Of a stretch of DNA of 64,000 nucleotides, positions 50,961 to 64,000 are shown piece by piece. Location: NCBI GenBank assembly GCA_973895155.1, contig OZ316893.1, positions 24,789,520-24,853,519 on the forward strand, given 5' to 3'. Made by a program: the position numbers and the translations under genes. Each line of letters opens with the position of its first letter. Within the stretch, counting starts at the first letter, position 1. The stretch is from Marsupella aquatica. Lineage: Eukaryota; Plantae; Marchantiophyta. Below the pieces are notes generated by a model. It searched no databases and was not told the DNA's origin. It was given only the letters and a program-made list of their open reading frames with translations.

Positions 50961-52467
50961 TACTGTTTGTAGTAGCACAAGTATCCTCCCTCCTTGGTGG
51001 CTGTAGTCACCAGTGCCGCTTACTCTGGGAATTGAGAGTTACTGTAGCTAAGATATGGAGATTGACCACAGCAACAAATTCATTTTCATCAGTTTGCTAA
51101 TAAAGATATGTATGATCATGACCTTGCCATACATTTCTTTGTGTTTATCAAATATCAACAAAGATGATGATTAGGGACAACTTTTGGGTTCTCGGACCAT
51201 AGAAAGAAATGTCATAAAACTGTCATGTACCCAAATGAAGCTTAGGATCATGCAACCAAATGAGGATGGCTACTGGGATTGCAGAATGATGCTTCCACTC
51301 CCAAACAAGATCACGTAAGACTGTCTTTAAGATAAAGCTCGTGAGCCCAGAAAAACTTATGAATAGGCATTTGATACCTTGGTTTCAACTTCCCTAAAGT
51401 AGAGTAACTCGAGCCAACCTCAAACCATGGAGCAGAGGCCAAGGTACAGAAACAAAAAAAGTGTGAGTCAAATACAGCAATGGTACAATCCCAAGCTGCC
51501 AATTCTCCATGTGCAAAACTGGACATTTCCGTTTGACAAACTTCCTCTTTGAACAGCTGCTTTCTTGGAGTATAAGCTCTGCTCATGGACTTGTGAACTT
51601 CGAGCTTATGATAATTTTGGATACTTCCACTGATTTACATGACCCCAAGCCCTACCTCACCCTCCATTATATTGTACCCAATTGTAAAACTCTGCAGGTA
51701 GAAACAAAGGGTCTTTGACAATACTTTTGTATGCAGGTATTATGTAGCCATATCAGGTGTGTTCTGTGCACATTTCTCCAAACTAGTAATTACTTGGTCA
51801 GAGACATAGTGAGTGATAAGTACATGAAGATGCCTACAAAGTCCCCCTCCTAAAGCTAAACATTGGAGTTGGAGGTCCACAGTCGAGCCTGCAATACCTG
51901 AAGGGTTAAATGCGAAAGCCTACCCGTAATAAGTGTTATTCGGATTGACAGATACCCAAGACGATCATTTCAACTAAGAAATTCTGTTTAGCCCTAGATG
52001 GACATCCAGTGAGTCGCAGATCTCTCAAAGGTATGGATATTTGGTCATGTGCAGAGAACCACCCTGAAGCATTGACAGAACTACTTATCAGACTCTAGTC
52101 TTCTGCATACAGCCACAACAGGATACTTTCTAATTCTCAAGCGCTTTCATTATCAAGCCACATCTTAAGCCCTGGTGTCAGCTGGTATTTTGTCCACGGA
52201 AGTAGCATGAGACTGCACCATGCACACAGGCGCATGCCTAAGTGGTGGTAACTCAAACTTATTTCATCGTTTCATCGTTTCTCGTTTCATTTGATCCAAT
52301 TCTCTGTAAGGATTCCAGAGAGGAGCAATATTCCCCCTTGGACCAGTGGGATGGAATTTATTTATAAACCAATGACATGCTCACCAAATGCAAACGTGTA
52401 AACCACCTTAGGAAGATGAGCAACTTCTAAATGGAGCCTAGTCGTACGTAGCGACGGGAGCAGTCCC

Positions 52468-54382
<1,915 letters not shown>

Positions 54383-54946
54383 CTTTTTCTACTTCGTCGA
54401 ATTGCAGTCCAACAATCAAACCCCACTCAATGCGACCTGATCAGTCCCAATCGAAGCAGCAGAAACGCATCAGGGCAATTCTGAAAAAACACCTACCGAA
54501 ACAGAAGAAAAATCACCAATCAACAACTGAGATCTCATCTCCCACAACGCCCACAGAGACCTAGATTTCCACTCCTACGCCATTCTCACCTGCGGAAGTC
54601 GGTGCCCACAATCTATTCGGTGACGGGATCCACTCCAAATGGACCTTCAACAGCTCCGCTGATCTGCTGATCAATTCTGTTTTCGGTGCACCTCGTTGTT
54701 CCTTACTATGAAGGTCGATGCAGCTCCGAGAGCTCTGAGCTCTGCTGAGAGTGGTGGTGGGGAGTGTCACAAAGGGGTCACTTCCATGGACGAGATAAGT
54801 CGTGGGGTTGAAGTACTCCTACTCCCACTGTCGCTCCCAAAACCTTGGAGAATTGGGCATTTTAGTGAATTGGAAAATGTGAGATTTATAACTATAATAA
54901 GGGATTTTGCCTTTTTTTTTCATTTAGTCCCAATACAAAAAATTCA

Positions 54947-54952
54947 TGGGCC
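54947..54952. promoter_or_regulatory. Possible site II element (TGGGCC) upstream of NDUFS8
   Basis: TGGGCY is known from plant nuclear OXPHOS gene promoters; this is a single hexamer and could be chance. Confidence 0.25.
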
Positions 54953-56109
54953 AGAAAGATCCAGAGTCATTGGATTCAATTAGTTGTTTTCTCTAACCAT
55001 TGATGAAAGACATGTGCACCCCTAGCACACATGTGCTTTGCCCCATAAATGTCGCTCCCTATGGACCAGCCCCTCCTTGCACAGTGCCACACACTGGCAT
55101 GGGGCTCGTCAAAATATGATATACAGGTATCCCTTCATCCATGATAACCTTGTTATTTGTTTTAAATCAATGAGTGCACATAGTATATTATTATATTTTG
55201 ATTTGTGCTTACTGACAAGGGCTAAAAATGTGCATGATTAAAAAATTATGAATGATTTCATTATATTAGTTATTGTTATACAGTGCCATGGTTTTCATTT
55301 ATGGTTACTTTGGGTTAACTCAACTTTCACATGTCGTCAGATTGAATGGAATTTGTTAGGCAATTATTCTTGAGTCTAAAGTTATTTTGCAATCATGGTT
55401 AGTCTAACTAGAGTCAAATACTGGATTGAGGTTTGACATGCTGCTTAGGATATACACAAGCAAAAACTAGTTTCTAAGGGAAACTTCAATTCATTGTTAC
55501 AGAGTCCGCTGAGAGATAAGGAGTGTTTGCGTTGTAGATATTTGGTATGGTCAATTGACCTAGATTGTTGTAGAGTTCTCGTGTGTTCTTGTGAATGTAA
55601 TCTCATAAATGATAAACTATGTAACTCTTGTGTTGACTACTTGTTCATTAAATGTTTCGGATGTGCATGTCATCTATGAGTAGTCCATTGCTCAACCATC
55701 CCAAGTATTTCTCGTCACCATTGTTGAAATTCTGTGGAAAGTGTTTTGACTCAAAGTGCAATGGATGAGACCACATGCTGCCACGTGTCTCCTACAGGAC
55801 AGAGTCTCCATGGTGAACCCTTATCAAGCCCTTGTCTGACTTTGGTTGTCCATATCATTAAACCCTCTAAATAACAAATATAAGAAAATAGTGGTAGTAT
55901 TATAATTACATACATCTTTAGTGGAATTCAACCTAAAAGTTGTTGAGAATTTAGATGGGGTTTGTGATTGTACTTGAAAGTTGTTTTCCATTTGCCCCCT
56001 CCCCCAACACTTCACCCAGTCTCAAATCCCCCTTTGGCTATGATGTTGGGAATGAATCTTAGCCTTAGAAATAAAAGGGGGTAGTTGGGGCTATAGAGGG
56101 TCAATCTTG

Positions 56110-58010
56110 TGCTCGTATATTACACCACTCCAACTCTTTTCTTTTCAGTTTTTTCAAAAAATTTAATTCAAACCGGAACAGGGCCGGAACCCGCACAGAC
56201 CACCCAAGAGACAAAAGCCACCCCAGGTGGCAACCCGAGAAACCGGGAGGCAAAGAGAAAAAATCCAAACAAGACCTATGTAGCCACCAGGTGGTAGCCA
56301 ACACCAAGCCCCTTTGAATGGTCACCATCAACTTTCTACACCACGATTGTGGCACAGGGAAATCAAATGGATGTTTGTGCTTCAGCCAAGGCTAACAAAT
56401 GTCTGGCATGGCAGGCAAACCAGAGTACAGGTGGCTTCTATTCTTCATTCAAGTTGTATCCCAAGCAATCCATTCAGCCAATGGATCTGGGACAACTCCT
56501 CATCGTTCGTTGTCATCAATGGAAAGGTCTAAGGCAACTGAACTCTCAGTCTGCTCCCAGGGTTTCAGCACGAACTGAATCTGGTCCAAGGCTTTCCTAA
56601 TTTGCTTGCTTTTCTTAGGTGTGGTGTACCCCTCATACATAGACCTAGGATGATTTTCAGACTGTCATAAGGCCACCCAATCAGGGAGACGTCCAAGGAA
56701 TTGTGAAAAGTAACAGTATTTCTTTCTTTCCATATACTGTTGCACAACTCCATCAAAATGATAAGCAACCCAGGTTTTCATTTGTGTGTCCTGACCGCAT
56801 AAGAAATCGCGGTAAACAAATTCTGGTTAGGAACTTGAGAGCATGAGACTCTTGTAGGACATTGTACACTCATCTCCACCGCACAGTCACCATTCTGCAG
56901 CTGAAAAATAGGTGTTCCAGGTGCTCAAAATAGTTCTTGCATCTAGCACACACACCATCACTCACCTTCCAATGACTTCCCCTACCTTTGGTGTTTGGTG
57001 ACAAATCCATGGTTAAGCATCCGCCATCTCAAAAATTGCACTTTCGAACACAACTATCCCCCTCCCCCCCCCCCCACAAGTTCTTCCAAAGTTGATTCCA
57101 TTGTTCTCTGGTCTTCAGTTGTCCCCACCTCCTGTTAAGATTGGTCACTTCAAGGGTAGACTTCGATGAACATTGAGTCCAAACCTTATCTGGAAATCTC
57201 CATCCCCGAATCTTTCCTCTCCAGGTCCATTGCCAGCTCTTGCAGTCTTGTAGTTTGCCTTCAAAGAGGTAGTTGCTTCTTCTCAGCCCTGTTCTCAGCT
57301 TGTCGTAGAACCTGTTGCAAGCATCAGTTCCATAGGGTCTATTGCTCCTAATCTGATTGCAGATGGATACACCATTGCAGCTATGCTATATTCTTCCACT
57401 ATTGCACTAAGGTGGGTAGCAGTGGCATGGGAGGCCTATCTTTTGCTCACATTCTTGCTCACATTCAAATATGGTCATGCTCTCGTTACAGGGAATGTGG
57501 GATAGAAAAGGGTGTGTCAAAGTCATATGGCTGTGACATTTTGAACATCTGATCATTACGGGTTATGTATTTAGGTAGCCCATAAGGGTTTTTGTCCCTG
57601 CCATAAAACAATTTTACGTCCTTGGCCGTATCTCCCTTTGGGCCCTGTTTTGACTCCCCTAATTTCCCAAAAGGTTTTAGGGCCAACTCGTGTGTGAGAA
57701 CCCTCAAGCATGTGGCCCTCTGCACTCCCGATACTTTCAGAAAAAGCAGCACTTCCTTGATAACATAATCTGACACAATTTTGCAACAAGTGTGCAGTTT
57801 TTCGCAAGGCAAAGGTCAAGACCTGCAAGGGTTGGAAAGCTTATGGCCTTTGCCTTTGGAAACGCATGGATAATGCCATCAGGCCTGGCACATCAGGAGG
57901 TTTAGTTGGTTACGTCTCATTCAGTGATATACTGGCATGTGAGACACTTAGGGCCACATTGTGAAGGGCCCCGAACATGTGAGTTGGGCCTTAGCCCAAG
58001 TTGGAGAAGA
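56110..58010 (-). mobile_element. Degenerate LINE (L1-like) 3' fragment
   Basis: Minus-strand relics of the ORF2 C-terminus: zf-RVT-like CARCKNYFEHLEHLFFSC (~56895-56950) and IWKERN..F (~56710-56735); many stops and frameshifts; boundaries approximate. Confidence 0.7.
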
Positions 58011-58540
58011 CATTATGGCCCAAAATGCGAGTACCCAAAATGCGAGTACCCAGAATGCTAACTTACTTGAGAAAAAACTTTAGAAGAAAACTCAAAAACC
58101 TTGAGTGAGTTTTGGAAAGAACATAAGGAATGAAATCCCTGAAATTAAGGTCATGCAATCTTACTATTAAAGTGCCAACTGAAGTACTCCCGGAAGTACT
58201 TTTAAGAGCCTAGGTCTAGGATGAAGACTCTAGGACGTAACTCCATGACCATCATGTGCATGGAAAAACTCATGACTATGATGTATGTCGACTGTTACAT
58301 GCAAGTCTATAATTTCTAAGTATTTGCATTCAAAAAATGGGCACTATGGCCCCACCACAAACATATGTGCATAGAAAGAAGGATGTGCATATATACAAAA
58401 GAGAATGGTATATTATATATATTCATATCATTACCCTTCAAAGAATATGAATAGAGAATATACTTTGGTAACTTTTGTTGTCTTCTCCACTATTCGCTAT
58501 TCACATTCAAAGAACGGGTAGTCACGGCTAGTAGTGTGTA

Positions 58541-58578
58541 AAGAAGAAGAAGAAGAAGAAGAAGAAGAAGAAGAAGAA
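58541..58578. repeat. (GAA)n microsatellite, ~12 units
   Basis: Perfect AAG/GAA run. Confidence 0.95.
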
Positions 58579-60055
58579 ATTACAATGACAGGATTTTAGG
58601 CCACGCAAAGTTGACAATTTTTATTTTTTGTTTTACATGCCAGTCTTTTGGACTTTGAGTTACATATGCCTAGATTGATGGGTCATGGCATAATGCACTC
58701 CTTAAAGCATGGTGTGTTTTGTAGAAATCAAATGCACTAAAAAATACAAACTCAAAACTCATGAAAGTCTTTAAACTGATGGTGTAAAGTAACTTAGGTC
58801 TATACTGGGCAATAATGCCCTCAAAATGAGGGCTACAGCCCAGATTTGGAGGGGTTACAATTGACCATAATGCATTGCAAAAGGGAGTTACGTACCCCAC
58901 TGTTTTTGATTGTGTTTCTTATTGTTTCTCACATTTGAAGACAAACCCACATTTCATTAAAGTTCAGATTTTACGTTCTTTACCTAGAAACAAGTAAAGG
59001 ACTTTCAATCCACACTTTGGCATAGGGAGGATTGACAAGCCATCCTGAAATTAGCTGCACAGTGGAGGCTGCCACACATAAGGGGGTAGCCGTAGGCAAG
59101 GGAGGGGGGGGGCTATCTTAACTTGTGCTCCCATGTGCATTGCATTACAGTGCCAAAGGGGGGTAGCAGTGTGGAAGAGGGCCAATGGATAAGAAACCTA
59201 TGCCCCGCCCCTACCATGCGCCCAGACGTAGAGATGGGTTGACGAGTCATTGTGAAATGAGGTGCACAGTGGAGGCTGCCACCTAACCTCTCGGTAGGCT
59301 TACTCTTCGCAGTGTATATGGGGTAATTATGGTTTTGAATACAAGTAATTGGGAGTGACATAGCAGTCCCATCCTGAGCATGTTTGGGCATGATTTCACT
59401 AGTTTTTTAGAAGGAGGAAATAGGATTGTGGTCATTCAAAGTGGCAGATAACAATGGAAGGGGATGGTAGCTATTGCCAATGTCATGACCTTCCATGATC
59501 TTACTAATAAAGTGCAATGCAAAACTACTTTTGAGGGCTATTGTGTAGAGTGAAGCCTCTAGACTGTAACTCTCAATAAGGACAAGATAGAAGAGTAGAA
59601 TGAAAAAAAACAGAGATTGATCAGGCAAAATTGAACCAGAAATAATTTATAGTCATTTTTTTTCTAGGATTCTTTATTGTCTTGGTCTCTATTTATGTTC
59701 AAGCACTTAGGGGGCAATAATCAAATTGGGGGTAGAGGAGTGTTGGGAGTAGTGCACCACATTTGAAAATAGGGCCACCTGTGAAGAGAGTCCTTGGTGG
59801 AGTAGGGCCGCATGTGAAGAGAGTCAATGGGTTAGGGAGGCCGCTTGTGAAGAGGTCAGTTGCTATCACTTGGGCCAGATCTTCTTCAATTACTTGAAAA
59901 AGCTTTGGAGAGCTGCCATCATGGAGGGTCGACACTTTTTTATCCTCAACTCTGTAAGTAGTGGGTAATTCCAAAAGTAGGAAGAAACTGAAATTTTTTA
60001 AATTTTCTATGGTGTTTAAACTATAATTATTGCTAACATAGCGGAGATAGCATTA

Positions 60056-63000
60056 TGTCTACAAGTTATGGGTTCCCAATTCTAAGTTACGAGTAAACTC
60101 CTGTTTACGAGTTTACTAGTTACTAGTTAATAGTATCCTGGTTTACGAGTTTACGAGTTAACGACTGTTACGAGTTTACTAGTTAAGGCTTTACAAGTTG
60201 TGCCTTGCGAGTTGGCGACCGGTGATCGCGACGTCTCACGGCTACCTTCAACGGGACTTAGCAACGGGATGGCGAGCGTGTATTGAAGTAAAGGCAAGCT
60301 AGGTAGACCTCGGGCGCTCACTCCTGACTAAATCCCTGCCTCCTCCATTGATTCTCTCGGCCTCCCCATTTCTTTGCGCTACTACAAGAAACAATTTGAG
60401 CTATGGCTGGCCTGGGAGCTGATGAGCAGTACCGAGTTGACGCATTGGCAATTCCTAAGAGCATAGTCGCTCGAATTCCACAAGCGCCCGATAGTTATGC
60501 GAATTTACAGACTTCATTACAGCAGCTAGGTCTGGGGCATCTACTTGTCGTTCCTTGGGACGTAGAACTCGACTCATACTTGCAGGATTTTCTGAAGGGG
60601 TCGCTGCTTGCTCCTGAATTTCGACAGACCATTTGAGCTCGGCCAAGTCTATGGACTGTGGAGCAAATTGCTTGTGCCTTCCGCTGCCCTTCAGAAGGAG
60701 AAGGATTGTATTCAAAGAAGAAAGATTTGTCTACTCCCTACTTCTCTGGGATTCGCAATCTCACAAATGGCTGGAATCTAACACAGTGTACTTATCCAGA
60801 TTTGAGAGTGCTTCCGGAATTTCTAGTGCCAATTTTACACCCGAAAAAGCCAACCATTTGCCCAGTGGCTTTGGTGAACACAATTGTAGCTGCACACAGT
60901 GGAGCCATCCAGGTGAATTGGGCCTTGTTAATTTTCAATGTGATGAAGGATCAGGTGAGGAGCATGAAGGCAGGTAGACCTACCTATCTGCAGGTATATT
61001 TGTCTCAGCTCTATCAGGCTTATGATTGTTTACATCCAGAGGAGAGAACAGAAAGAGGATTACTTCTGATCAAACTAGGCATTGAAGAAGAAATTGGTGT
61101 GGAAGAACCAGTGGATGCTATTCCCCTGGATTCTAATGATCAGAATGTGGATGTTGATATGGATTTGGAAGACGCCTCTGTGGGTGAACTTGAAGTTTCA
61201 CCTGCTCACGATATGGAGTTGGTTCGACATCCTCTGGTTAACTTGGTGTATTCAAGAGAAGTCAACGTGGAAAATCAACCTGGAGCTGAAAAGCTGCGGA
61301 CGTCTCTGAGCAACACGAAGCTGTTGCTGACTTGACCACTGCTGTCATCCTGAGGGTTGATCCGACTACTTCTTCAAAGGCAGAGTTCAACCAGCAACTT
61401 ATTGATAAGTTAATTGCTCTTTTCGGTTGTGATGATGTGGAACTCTATGATGTTGTCTGTAATTTAAGATCAGAGGTAGTCAGCTTATCATCCCCATTTC
61501 CAGATCAATTAACTCCTGTTAGGACCACCTCTCATATTGTGGGATTAGCCTTAGAAGAATTCGTTGCTCTCAGTCCTGTTGCACCACCAAACCTGCCTGT
61601 AGAGCCAAGTCAACCTGTTCTCGTGATAGAGGATGCGGGAGAGGATGTAAATTATGCTGCCATTGTAAACGACTTACTGGACATGCTACAGTGTGAGCCA
61701 CAAGAGATTATGTCCGTTGTTAGCCACTTAACTCAGAAATCTCCAGTTATTAAAATTCCCCATCATCCAAATCCTTACTCATATAGTCCTGATTCCAACT
61801 ATGAACCCACTGATGGACCCATCTTCACTCGGGGTCGCTCTGAAGATCCTTATGTTAGACGGGATCTCTCTGATGACTCTGACCCGCCTTCGGATAATGA
61901 CACTTATAGATCTTATGACAATTCCCTTGAGTCATCACCAAGGCAGGGGTTTGAAGATGTTGATACAGCTTTGAGGTCAAACCCAAACTTAGTAGCAGTG
62001 GTTACGTCCTCTACTCAGACTCCCAGGAATGCTACTATTGAGAAGAAGTATCCCAGGTTTCCCCAGGCTCAAGTACAGAAGTATGTAGACATCTGTAAGG
62101 TTATGCATGCCAACAGTTGGAGAATTCTGGAGATACTATTACTTAAAGAAAACTGAGGCGAGCTACATTTTTGACCTGAAGTATCATGGGACTTCTCGAT
62201 TGGAAATGGCCCAGTTTGATGAGCACTGGACTGACTCTGTCTACTTCCGACCTATTCTGGCAATGATGTTGCTGCAAGGTGATGTAGAAGTGGAGGATCC
62301 TGACCTAGTCCTGGCCTGCTTTGGGAATTTTGTAGCTTATGTTCTGGACTTCGTGCTTACTTTTCTCATGCAGAGTAAAAAATCAACTTCTTGGCAGAAC
62401 AACTACATCCCTAAGGAACCTAAGGTTATGCTGGTTTCAACCAGCACATTGGCTGATAAACAGAGAATCTGGGATAATGTCACGACTCACACTCTGGGCA
62501 AGTTCAACCGGTACTTTAAGGATGTTTGCTGGAGACTTCGACCTTTCTACTCGAAGATGATGAGAACTGAGGATTTCATGGCCTATTATCCCTAGGTTCA
62601 TGCTGCTTCCTGCAATCACTATGATGTGATTGGAATTTATAGGGAGGCACTCCGAATAGACTCTTGTTATTTGATGAGGAGAATGCATGTGATGTATCCA
62701 GATAGGCAACTGAGATGTTTGCCCTATTCTCGAGGTTCACCACGATAGGCTGAGCTCATGGAGGTTGTCCAATCAGGCACTGTTGATTTTGTGGAGCTTC
62801 TCGAAATCAACGACATTCGACACCGAGACTAAGGCAGAAGTCCTAAGTGTTTTTAGTTAGTTTAGAGTAGTGCATCTTGTCCGATTTTTAGAAATGTGCT
62901 CTAGAGCTTTAAAGGTCATGAAACCTTTTTAGGATGTAGTCTGTACTTAGGAAAGCCTTCTGGCAAAATTTGAGGCTTTTCCGAGCTACGAGTAGGAAGT

Positions 63001-64000
63001 TAAAAATAGTTGAATTTGCCAAGTTTTTACTTAGGTTGGAATTACGAGTTACGACTTAGTTAGACTTTTACGAGTTTAAGAGTTTACTAGTTCACAGCTT
63101 TTACTAGTTTACGAGTTTATACTTAGCCAGATGTCCGGCTTTTCACTTACTGAATCGTCATTTTAACTTTTTGAGAGTTATGAAGAGGCATGTCTCTTCG
63201 ACCCTGTGACCTCTCACTCGGTAGATTTTTACTATAAGATAGCTCTACCACTAGTGTAGTTGATGGTTAAGTTGTGCATTTTTGCCTCTCCCTCTTGTTA
63301 AGTCTATTGATTCTGAACCTATGAGTTTCAAATCAGGCTTAATAACAGGAGAGACTTACCTCCTTCTTGTGTTTCTACACTTATCATAAACATAGGAAGT
63401 AAAATTGCATTTGTAAGAAATCTTTGGATCTTGTGATGACAGATTCCTCCTTCGTGACTCATTACAAATTCCTAATTTCTTAAAGTTAACTCATTGAGTT
63501 TATGTCTTAATGAATTTGATGGATTTTCTTTCATGATACTTAGTACCATCTAAATGTTGAAGTAACTACCTTTTAGATTTTATCTGAGTACCACTTAGAA
63601 AGAAAGGATAAGACATGTTGACGGCATTTTAAAAGGTACTCTAGTAAGCAGTTTAGATCTGAAAAGCAAACGTGGATTTGAATCCTAAATCTATTCATTT
63701 TGACTTATGATTAAGGAGTGACCTTGGTCTATTCAAGACTCCCTTAGCATACTTTAAGATATTTTTCCCTATGTTTTGTTAATCATTCCCTTTTCATTAA
63801 TTTAAGGATTATACAATGTTGAGTTACCATTAAAAACTACTCATCACTGTGGAGCGATCTTCAAAATACCTTAGTTAAGTAATCAATCCTGATTACTATG
63901 TGTTAGAGAGAGTCTTTAAACTCTCATTTGTGTTTTTATGTATCAAATCAACCCCATCTTGTTCTTTACGGGAACGAATACCGAGTTTGAAGACCTTTAA
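60056..64000 (+). mobile_element. LTR-retroelement-like sequence enclosing the unknown ORF, running off the window end
   Basis: TTACGAGT/TTACTAGT motif clusters at 60085-60190 and 63040-63120. The 3' part shares CATGTTGACGGCATTTTA and a downstream TGTTCTT.A.GGGA.CGAA..CC block with the solo LTR at 8455-9568. Confidence 0.55.
60403..62832 (+). pseudogene. Decayed intronless ~810-codon ORF of unknown, probably retroelement-accessory, family
   Basis: ORF pieces 60403-60636, 60658-61335, 61332-62156, 62107-62595 and an in-frame continuation to TAA at 62832 can be joined across three in-frame stops and two frameshifts. No gag, RT, INT or transposase motif recognised. Confidence 0.65.

Noticed and set aside
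51150-52300. Possible LINE endonuclease relic (FSDH, HFRLTN)
   Set aside because: Only two short motifs in different broken frames; needs BLASTX support.

Overview
Eukaryotic nuclear DNA from a land plant; a bryophyte/liverwort origin is my impression only and is not proven. Host genes: an RLPH-type PPP metallophosphatase (-, 451-3402), a tandem pair of carbonyl/menthone-reductase-type SDRs (+, intact 15828-17500 and pseudogene 19027-20729), an HMA5-like P1B copper ATPase (+, 34651-39137) whose last exon carries a +1 frameshift in the GDGINDSP motif, an intronless TPD1-like secreted Cys-rich protein (+, 48492-49172) and complex I subunit NDUFS8/TYKY (-, 52468-54382). The rest is rich in transposons: a decayed full-length Ty1/copia element with both LTRs and a TSD (5672-13233) carrying a nested solo LTR and probably sitting inside an older solo LTR, a MULE-like TIR element inside a degenerate ~200-bp repeat array, very short TSD-flanked retroposon insertions with TA tails, Helitron-like ends, a LINE 3' relic, and at the right end a decayed ~810-codon intronless ORF of unknown family embedded in LTR-like DNA. 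No rRNA, tRNA or CRISPR array was found. All coordinates and comparisons were made by eye.
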